From assembly GCA_043811375.1 (NCBI GenBank), contig JBDRNJ010000072.1:32001-96000 (forward strand): a stretch of DNA of 64,000 bases, read 5' to 3'. Positions 57,535-64,000 of the stretch are shown piece after piece. The DNA is from a bacterium (GTDB lineage: Bacteria; Zixibacteria; MSB-5A5; GN15; FEB-12). Numbering within the stretch: position 1 is the first letter of the stretch; each line of letters opens with the position of its first letter. The position numbers were made by a program, and so were the translations under genes. A model generated the notes under the pieces. The model had not been told where the DNA came from. It worked only from the letters and a program-made list of their open reading frames with translations, and searched no databases.

Positions 57535-58950
57535 TTATGACCACATGCGGGTTTTGCCTTCGCCGAAAGGCATGTGTTTGCCCTCGGCTTTCTCCTTCAT
57601 GTACTTCTTCGTCATCGCCACGACTCCGCCCGACAGCACTACCAGTGCAATCAGGTTAGGGACGGCCATCAATCCGTTGGCGGTGTCGGCGTAGGACCAG
57701 ACCGTCTTGAGGTCGAAACGTGCCCCCAATAATGTAAAGACAATGTATACGCACTTGTACGGGAACTTGGCTCGCGTGCCGCCGAGATACTCAATACCCT
57801 TCTCGCCATAATACGACCAGGCCACGACGGTCGAGAAAGCAAACAACATGACACCGACCACCACCATCCACAGGCCGAAACCCGGGAGCGCCGCGTCGAA
57901 AGCGTGCATGGTCAGTGGCGCGCCGTTGAGACCGCAGTCCCAGACACCGGTGGTGATAATAACCAGCGCCGTCATGGTACAGATAACCAGCGTGTCGATG
58001 AACGGGCCCAGCATAGCGACCAAACCCTCACGGACCGGTTCTTCCACTCGTGCGGCCGAGTGCGCCATCGCCGCCGACCCCTGCCCCGCCTCGTTGGAGA
58101 ACAGGCCGCGCCTCAGACCCCAGGTGAATGTCATCCAGACGGTAGCACCGCCGGCCGCACCACCTACCACCGCTGTCGGATTGAAGGCATGATAGAAAAT
58201 CATCCCGAAAGCTTCGGCGATCTGTTCATAGTTAATCAGTATAATGATGAAGGCGCTGACCACATATACGACCGACATAAATGGCACCAGGTACGACGCC
58301 ACTCGCCCGATTCGCTTTATCCCCCCGATTATCACGCTACCCACCAGGCCGGCGACGACAAATCCGATCAACCAGCGCACCCAGGCTTCGTTTTCGGGCG
58401 CGACTTTGAACGCATCCAGTAATGAGTGGGCCATCGTGTTCGACTGTACCATATTGCCGGCGCCAAAGGCGGCGATGGCCGTACAAAACGCAAACATGTA
58501 CGCCAGCGGCCGGAAGTATTTGTGCATTCCCAGTTCGATGAAGTACATCGGTCCACCGCGAATGTTGCCGTCCGGTTCCACCTTGCGATGCTTGATAGCC
58601 AGCATGCATTCGGTGTACTTGATAGCCATACCGAAAAAGGCGGTCACCCACATCCAGAAAATGGCGCCGGGTCCACCCCAGTAGATAGCGATCGCTACCC
58701 CTGCTATATTACCGATACCGATTGTCGCCGACAACGCCGCCGACAACGCCTGGAAGTGTGTCAACTGTCCCTTGTGGTCCGGGTCGTCATAGCGGCCGCT
58801 GGCAATGCCCACACCGTGCGCAAAGCCGCGCACCTGTATGAGGACCGTGCGCAGTGTCAGGATTAGTCCAGCCGACAGCAGGATCATCGCCATCGGCCAT
58901 CCCCACACGAAGTTGGAGACTAACTCGAGTCCGTTATTTATTTGGTCCAT
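57535..58950 (-). CDS. Sodium:alanine symporter (AGCS/AlsT family)
   Basis: FQAL..ALSATIG.GNIAGVA.AI..GGPGAIFWMW, RGLFSNEAG.GS, FIDTLVIC. Confidence 0.95.
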   Translation of the reverse strand: MDQINNGLELVSNFVWGWPMAMILLSAGLILTLRTVLIQVRGFAHGVGIASGRYDDPDHKGQLTHFQALSAALSATIGIGNIAGVAIAIYWGGPGAIFWMWVTAFFGMAIKYTECMLAIKHRKVEPDGNIRGGPMYFIELGMHKYFRPLAYMFAFCTAIAAFGAGNMVQSNTMAHSLLDAFKVAPENEAWVRWLIGFVVAGLVGSVIIGGIKRIGRVASYLVPFMSVVYVVSAFIIILINYEQIAEAFGMIFYHAFNPTAVVGGAAGGATVWMTFTWGLRRGLFSNEAGQGSAAMAHSAARVEEPVREGLVAMLGPFIDTLVICTMTALVIITTGVWDCGLNGAPLTMHAFDAALPGFGLWMVVVGVMLFAFSTVVAWSYYGEKGIEYLGGTRAKFPYKCVYIVFTLLGARFDLKTVWSYADTANGLMAVPNLIALVVLSGGVVAMTKKYMKEKAEGKHMPFGEGKTRMWS

Positions 58951-59033
58951 AGTCTGAAAGTGAAGGCAATCCGGAGCCGGTGTGCAAGCTAAAAAAGGGA
59001 AGCATTTGAGCGCTGTCGATTACCCGAAATCCC

Positions 59034-59062
59034 TTGCCAAATGCTCGATTAGATAGTATATT
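59034..59062 (+). promoter_or_regulatory. Sigma70-type promoter
   Basis: TTGCCA-N17-TATATT; the same -10 hexamer occurs in promoter candidates at 33028 and 62154. Confidence 0.55.
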
Positions 59063-59093
59063 TTGCCTATAGGGCTGCCTGGAAGTGGCAGCC

Positions 59094-59239
59094 GTGACAG
59101 CAAGCAACAGGGTCAGACAACACTGGCAGGACATCCGCAACTATTGCTTTCCACTGTACTGCGGTGGTTTACGTGAAAGCGGCTATCCGGGGTAGTGGGA
59201 CGCAGGCAACAGGGTTGATGACAACATTAGAAGGACATC
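59094..59239 (+). repeat. Imperfect ~42-bp direct repeat (2 copies)
   Basis: GTGACAGCAAGCAACAGGGTCAGACAACACTGGCAGGACATC (59094-59135) versus GGGACGCAGGCAACAGGGTTGATGACAACATTAGAAGGACATC (59197-59239). Confidence 0.75.
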
Positions 59240-59303
59240 GGGTAACTTTGTATGACCGGTTACATAGGATACACATTAGACCGGGGTTAAAACCCACCCG
59301 ATG

Positions 59304-59434
59304 GGGCTTGTTGAAAAAGTCCCATTCTCGTCATTGCGAGCGACAGCGTGGCAATCTCGGATATTGAATGTCAACGAGATAGCCACGTCGCTTCGCTCCT
59401 CGCTATGACGTTTGTTAGGTTTATCAACAGGCCC
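59304..59434. mobile_element. 131-bp MITE-like element
   Basis: Terminal inverted repeats GGGCTTGTTGAAAAA / GGGCCTGTTGATAAA (13/15 match); flanking GATG duplication; internal inverted repeat CGTCATTGCGAG...GTGGCAATCTC / GAGATAGCCAC...CTCGCTATGACG. Confidence 0.75.
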
Positions 59435-59451
59435 GATGGGTGGGGTACATG

Positions 59452-59541
59452 GTCTTTCCCTCGTCCCTCTCTGTCATTCCCGCGTCCACTTCCGTCATTC
59501 CCGCGTCCCTCTCTGTCATTCCCGCGCACGCGGGAATCCAG
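59452..59541 (+). repeat. Tandem 21-bp GTCATTCCCGCG repeats ending in ATTCCCGCG-CA-CGCGGGAAT palindrome
   Basis: Four units visible directly. Confidence 0.85.
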
Positions 59542-59654
59542 GCAACACATCCAACCGCCGTCGTGCGTCAATGCGACAAGCGCAGCGACGTGGCAATCTC
59601 ATCGGCAACAATCAATGAAGCCCATAATATCAAACCAACAGAAGGAGTAACACC

Positions 59655-61412
59655 ATGACACGTATGGTAACGCTCACAGCAACACTCATCGTCGCACTGC
59701 TGGCGCTGACCGCTCTGGCCACACCAAAGTTCATCCACTACAACGGGGTTCTGATGCAGGCGGGCGTTCCGGTCCCTGATGGCGATTACATGCTCACTTT
59801 CAGAGTCTATGAGTATGAAGTAGATCACTCCCCCATCTGGTCAGAGGTGCAGAATCCCGTTGCCACCAAAGACGGCAAATTCAACGTTAAGCTCGGGTCT
59901 ATTAACGAGTTAACAACGGACGTTTTCAGCTCTGACGACCGCTGGCTGGGGATCGAAGTCGGCACCGATGGCGAGATGACACCCCGGACGCCGATTGGAT
60001 CAGTGCCCTATGCCTTCATGGCGGGCAATGTGGCTGACAGAGCGATTGACTCCAACAAGATTGCACTGAAATCCATCAAGCATGAGAACATCAAGGACAA
60101 GGCCATTGATTCACTCAAGATAGCAGACAAATCGATCAAGCAGGAGAACATCAAGGACGGCGCCATCACCAGCGCCATAATTGCCAACGGCACGATCCTG
60201 TTTGAAGATATCGCTTCGAATGGTGCAACCTCTTCCGGCAAGATCATGAAGTGGGATGGAGATTCCTGGGAGCTCGGTGACGACAATGTCGGTGCGGCTG
60301 ACAACGACTGGACCCTGACCGGGGGTGTTCTGTTCACGGCCGGCGAGTGGGGCATCGCCCGCGCCGGTAACACTCTTCACGGACTGCATGACAGCACCCA
60401 CGTTAACCTGGGCGGGGCTTCCCAAACTGGCACCGGTGGCAAGAATTACGTGTATGCTACGGTAGCAGGGGGATGGTCCAACAGTGCCAATGGTAGCCAC
60501 TCTTCTGTCGGCGGCGGCCAGAACAACAGAGCTTGGGGAGGATACGCAACCGTTGCCGGTGGCCTTCATGACACCGCCAGCGGAGATTATGCTTCCATAG
60601 GCGGAGGAAGTGTTAACAGTGCCACCGGGTTTGGCTCAGTGATTGCTGGCGGGAATGATAACCAGGCCACCGATACTGGCGCTGCGGTCGGCGGCGGCAG
60701 TAACAACCGGGCAGAAGGCATTTATGCCACTATCCCGGGAGGATGGATGAATGAGGCAAAAGGTGATCGTTCTTTCGCCGCGGGCTCTAGAGCCGAAGCC
60801 AACCACGATGGCGCTGTCGTAATCTCATCCACCGTCTCGAGAACCAGCCCGCCTATCAGTTCGGCTTTTCCCGGGGAGATGGTCTTGCGCGCAGATAGTC
60901 TGTTTTACCTCACTGATGGCATCACGTTGGCCGGTTATCCCGGCGGCAATCCCTTTCTGTACACCTCAACAGGGGCTTTTCTCAGCAAGGGCGGCGTATG
61001 GCAGAATGCGTCGGACAAACACCTGAAGGAGAATTTCACACCCGTTGACGGCCGCGAGATTCTGGAGAAAATCACCCTGCTTCCGATCATGCGGTGGAAC
61101 TACCAGACGGAGGACGACCAAACTCAGCACATTGGTCCCGTCTCGCAGGATTTTTACACCGTCTTCGGTGTCGGGGGTGACGATAAAACGATCTCCACGA
61201 TTGATCCGTCTGGAATCGCGCTGGCTGCTATACAGGAGTTGTACGAACGGAGCAAAGAGCAGCAGCAGACCATAGAGGAGTTGCGAGAGAAAGTCGCAAA
61301 GGTTGATGATCTCAAAGCGCAGATGAAGCAGTTGCAATCGCTGGTCGAAACTCTCCTGGTTCAGAAGAACGTGACCGGAGGCGGCAGCGACAAACTGGCA
61401 GTCAGCAGGTAA
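59655..61412 (+). CDS. Secreted trimeric fibre-like protein with Gly-rich repeats and C-terminal intramolecular chaperone (Peptidase S74) domain
   Basis: Signal peptide; 'YNG.L....G.P...G.Y..TF.VY...W.E...G.FNV.LG...RWL.I.V...PR..I.SVPYA' N-domain; 'V.GG..N.A.G..' repeats; 'SD..LKEN......IL.KI..L....WNY.....HIGP..QDF' followed by a coiled coil. Confidence 0.85.
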   Translation: MTRMVTLTATLIVALLALTALATPKFIHYNGVLMQAGVPVPDGDYMLTFRVYEYEVDHSPIWSEVQNPVATKDGKFNVKLGSINELTTDVFSSDDRWLGIEVGTDGEMTPRTPIGSVPYAFMAGNVADRAIDSNKIALKSIKHENIKDKAIDSLKIADKSIKQENIKDGAITSAIIANGTILFEDIASNGATSSGKIMKWDGDSWELGDDNVGAADNDWTLTGGVLFTAGEWGIARAGNTLHGLHDSTHVNLGGASQTGTGGKNYVYATVAGGWSNSANGSHSSVGGGQNNRAWGGYATVAGGLHDTASGDYASIGGGSVNSATGFGSVIAGGNDNQATDTGAAVGGGSNNRAEGIYATIPGGWMNEAKGDRSFAAGSRAEANHDGAVVISSTVSRTSPPISSAFPGEMVLRADSLFYLTDGITLAGYPGGNPFLYTSTGAFLSKGGVWQNASDKHLKENFTPVDGREILEKITLLPIMRWNYQTEDDQTQHIGPVSQDFYTVFGVGGDDKTISTIDPSGIALAAIQELYERSKEQQQTIEELREKVAKVDDLKAQMKQLQSLVETLLVQKNVTGGGSDKLAVSR

Positions 61413-61425
61413 ACGAAACGGAGGC

Positions 61426-62007
61426 ATGAAAATGAAAACACGTTTTATTATTAGATTGGCCCTGCCGACCCTTCTCGTGGCCCTGCTATTTGCCGCCGGA
61501 TTCGGCGCCGATACCGGAAAACCACAGTCACCCGCGGCGACAAGAGCCACGGTGGATCAGAAGGAGAAACCGGCGGCGCAGACAGCTCCTGTCGTGACTC
61601 AACGACCTCCGCAGTCGTCGGCTGTCACCGCGCCTGACAGTAACCAGGTGATCGAGGGGCAGATCTTCACGGCCGGGGTTACAAGTGCGAGTTCCGCCAG
61701 TTACTCACTTGCCGCGGGTGCCGGTCAGATGGCGGTTGGAGAGGGTAGTTCGGCCAGCTACAGTAGTAGTGGCGGCATCTGGGATTTCCCGATTTTCTGC
61801 TGCCAGAATCGCGGTGACGTTGACGACAGCGGTGGCCTTGATGTCGGCGACCTCACGTACCTTGTTGCCTATCTATTCCAGGGTGGTCCAGCACCACCGT
61901 GCCCGGAAGAGGGTGATGTCGACGCCAGCGGTGGCATTGATGTCGGTGACCTGACGTATCTGGTAGCGTATCTGTTCCAGGGTGGCCCACCACCACCACC
62001 GTGTTAA
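61426..62007 (+). CDS. Secreted protein with C-terminal dockerin-like domain
   Basis: Signal peptide; 'SASYSL...AGQ..VG...SASY....GIW' motif; two GDVD.SGG.DVGDLTYLVAYLFQGGP.PPC repeats. Confidence 0.85.
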   Translation: MKMKTRFIIRLALPTLLVALLFAAGFGADTGKPQSPAATRATVDQKEKPAAQTAPVVTQRPPQSSAVTAPDSNQVIEGQIFTAGVTSASSASYSLAAGAGQMAVGEGSSASYSSSGGIWDFPIFCCQNRGDVDDSGGLDVGDLTYLVAYLFQGGPAPPCPEEGDVDASGGIDVGDLTYLVAYLFQGGPPPPPC

Positions 62008-62052
62008 ATCCCCTTTAGCCGCCGAGCACCCTATCGGCGCGCTGGAGTAACA

Positions 62053-62088
62053 GCGAGGCTCCTGCTCCCGGGAGCCTCGCGTTGTTTT
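62053..62088 (+). terminator. Probable terminator
   Basis: GCGAGGCTCC-tgctcccg-GGAGCCTCGC followed by GTTGTTTT. Confidence 0.7.
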
Positions 62089-62130
62089 GCCGGAAAGGGT
62101 CGAGTTAAACGCGCGATATGTGGTTCATTC

Positions 62131-62159
62131 TTGACACCATAGCCGTATCAGGATATATT
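62131..62159 (+). promoter_or_regulatory. Sigma70-type promoter
   Basis: TTGACA-N17-TATATT. Confidence 0.7.
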
Positions 62160-62196
62160 TGTCAGCAAAACATGAATTGCGAAAGGAAATAAGCCG

Positions 62197-62895
62197 ATGA
62201 GAACCACAGTCTTAGCGCTATTAACAGCGTTTTTATTCCTGCTCGGGCAGGTCGGATGTTCTGAGGAGGAAAAGCAGACTAAAACCGATACCCCTGCAAA
62301 AACGACGACTCCCCAGCAAACCGTAGCGACCCAGCCCAACTATGACAGCCTGGCCACTGTCACGGCTCCGATTCGAAACGAGGATAACCAGTTCGCAACC
62401 CTGGTCACCAGCTTCGGAAACCTGACGCTGGAACTGTATCATGATGTCGCCCCGGCCCATGCCGACTCGTTCATGGCCCGTACCCGGGACGGTTTCTACG
62501 ACAACTCCCTGTTCTACCGCGTCGTTAATCGCTTTATGATCCAGGCGGGAGACCCTACCGGTACCGGTGCCGGAAAGGCCGACTATACGCTCAACGCGGA
62601 GTTTTCAGAGATGCCGCATATAGAGGGCACGTTGTCAATGGCGAGGGCTATGGATCCCAACTCGGCCTCGACCCAGTTCTTCATTTGTCTGGATCGCAAT
62701 CGCCTGACATCGTCGCTCGACCGCAAGTACACGGTCTTTGGTCATCTGATCAAAGGATACGATGTCCTGCACAAGATCGGTTCGGTGGAATGCGGTCCCA
62801 ACCCCGGCAACCCCACGGAGATATCGCGACCAAAGGAGAATGTCCAATTAATCCGGGCTTATGCCTCTGATGCCGAAGGCAATGAGGTCCAGTAG
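62197..62895 (+). CDS. Cyclophilin-type peptidyl-prolyl isomerase lipoprotein
   Basis: Lipobox VGC; FY....FYRVV..FMIQAGDP.GTG.G, LSMARA.DPNSA.TQFFI, YTVFG. Confidence 0.94.
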   Translation: MRTTVLALLTAFLFLLGQVGCSEEEKQTKTDTPAKTTTPQQTVATQPNYDSLATVTAPIRNEDNQFATLVTSFGNLTLELYHDVAPAHADSFMARTRDGFYDNSLFYRVVNRFMIQAGDPTGTGAGKADYTLNAEFSEMPHIEGTLSMARAMDPNSASTQFFICLDRNRLTSSLDRKYTVFGHLIKGYDVLHKIGSVECGPNPGNPTEISRPKENVQLIRAYASDAEGNEVQ

Positions 62896-63027
62896 GGGCT
62901 TACGGAGAACCATCTGACCAGGCGCCGACCTGCCCGTTGGGGTAATGCCGATCCGGTGGCCCGGGGCTTGCCCCGGGTTTCGTTATTGACTGCAACAGTA
63001 CTGGTTCGAAGTCGTAGAATAGGAAAC

Positions 63028-64000
63028 ATGACACCACGGAAAATAGTTCTGCTCGGCTCGACCGGTTCCATTGGAAGGTCGACGCTCGATGTTATTCGGC
63101 AACATCCGGGGCACTTTGATGTTATTGCGCTGGCCGCTCACGCCAACGTCGATCTGCTCCTGGATCAATACCGCCGGTTCCGGCCGGAATATGTTTGCCT
63201 GATTGATCCTGCCGCAGCGAAAATAATGTCCGACAAGTTGAGCCGGGAACCGGTTGAGGTTCTATCCGGTGAAGCGGATATGATCGCTTTAGCCGGTCGG
63301 AAGCAAGCCGATATCGTCGTCAACGCTGTGGTTGGGGCGGCCGGATTGCGAGCATCACTGGAGACGATCCGGGCGGGCAAATATCTCGCTCTGGCCAACA
63401 AGGAATCACTGGTGGCCGGAGGTCCGCTTTTTGGGCCTTTGATAAAAAAGAGCGGTGGTAAGATACTGCCTATAGACTCTGAACATTCGGCCATCTGGCA
63501 GACCCTGACCGCCGGGAAACCGGAAGAAGTAGCCAACATCATTCTGACTGCCTCCGGCGGGCCTTTTCGGGATTATCCCATTGAGCGGTTTTCTGAGATC
63601 ACCCCCGAGCAGGCACTGGCTCACCCAACGTGGAAAATGGGTCCCAAGATTACTATCGATTCGGCTACCATGGTCAACAAGGGGCTGGAGGTTATTGAGG
63701 CGGCAACGCTTTTCTCGATACCGGTGGAGAAGATCAAAGTGGTTATCCATCCTCAGTCGATAGTACACTCAATGGTGGAGTTTATCGACAGTTCCATAAT
63801 AGCGCAGCTTTCCCGTCCTGATATGCGGTTGCCTATAACGTATGCCCTGTTCTGGCCGCAGCGGGTACAGTCGGATTTCGGGCGTCTCAGTTTCGATGAT
63901 CTCCTGTCGCTGTCGTTTGAAAAACCCGACTTTGTGCGTTTCCCGGCACTGCGTCTGGCGTTTTCCATTGCCGGACAAGGGGGCACCGCCCCGGCCGTAT
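63028..64000 (+). CDS. dxr: 1-deoxy-D-xylulose 5-phosphate reductoisomerase (partial, runs off window)
   Basis: Not in ORF track. Manual translation gives MTPRKIVLLGSTGSIG, LANKESLV, PIDSEHSAI, LTASGGPF, HPTWKMGPKITIDSAT. Confidence 0.96.
   Translation, partial: MTPRKIVLLGSTGSIGRSTLDVIRQHPGHFDVIALAAHANVDLLLDQYRRFRPEYVCLIDPAAAKIMSDKLSREPVEVLSGEADMIALAGRKQADIVVNAVVGAAGLRASLETIRAGKYLALANKESLVAGGPLFGPLIKKSGGKILPIDSEHSAIWQTLTAGKPEEVANIILTASGGPFRDYPIERFSEITPEQALAHPTWKMGPKITIDSATMVNKGLEVIEAATLFSIPVEKIKVVIHPQSIVHSMVEFIDSSIIAQLSRPDMRLPITYALFWPQRVQSDFGRLSFDDLLSLSFEKPDFVRFPALRLAFSIAGQGGTAPAV

Noticed and set aside
58951..59160. Glycine riboswitch upstream of the alanine/glycine symporter
   Set aside because: The GGAGA...GAAG...CTCAGG aptamer signatures are not seen on the minus strand.
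59069..59300. CsrB/RsmY-like CsrA sponge RNA
   Set aside because: About five GGA motifs in ~230 nt is near chance expectation, so it is kept only as a side possibility.
59452..59541. CRISPR array
   Set aside because: 21-bp period with near-identical 9-nt linkers, no unique spacers and no cas genes.
59164..59658. Short ORFs across the repeat region (59164-59367, 59348-59650, 59371-59571, 59440-59658)
   Set aside because: Translations of palindromic and tandem repeats (PSLSFPR, GRGND) without RBS support.
59655..61412. Prophage tail fibre / prophage
   Set aside because: The protein has a signal peptide and no phage structural, packaging or integrase genes are nearby.

Overview
Bacterial chromosomal window. 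It is probably candidate phylum Zixibacteria, an inference from two proteins ending in the duplicated 'GDLTYLVAYLFQGG..PPC' dockerin-like domain. Bases 1-32,940 form an almost continuous minus-strand supercluster, read here in transcription order: DUF512, der, an RsbU/RsbW/STAS partner-switching module, HEAT-repeat protein, REC, cheR, REC, cheY, cheZ, cheA, cheB, PAS kinase, sigma54 activator, motAB, flgBC, orf, fliEFGHIJ, an opposite-strand cohesin-dockerin gene, a Cys-rich orf, flgFGAHIJ, flgN, flgK, csrA and a partial flgL. Sigma54 and sigma28 promoter motifs are visible in this cluster. At 33-34.9 kb, the 3' end of tRNA-Gly(CCC) carries an islet with two tyrosine-integrase C-terminal remnants, each paired with a convergent cargo gene. 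The rest contains a membrane protein, tatC, a DUF5686 outer-membrane protein, a complete classical menaquinone operon, secreted PepF, a histone-like protein, a Lon-like protease, an OMP, a second sigma54 regulator, a Na+/alanine symporter, a repeat-rich intergenic region (tandem RNA-like motif plus a 131-bp MITE with TSD), a secreted fibre plus dockerin-anchor gene pair, a cyclophilin and a partial dxr. The main leads are the integrase-tail/cargo cassette array, the atypical chemosensory operon (catalytic Asp to Asn in CheB, altered CheA N-box, no MCP/CheW), the fibre/dockerin/cohesin surface system and the tandem RNA motif. All calls come from motif recognition by eye; no searches were run.
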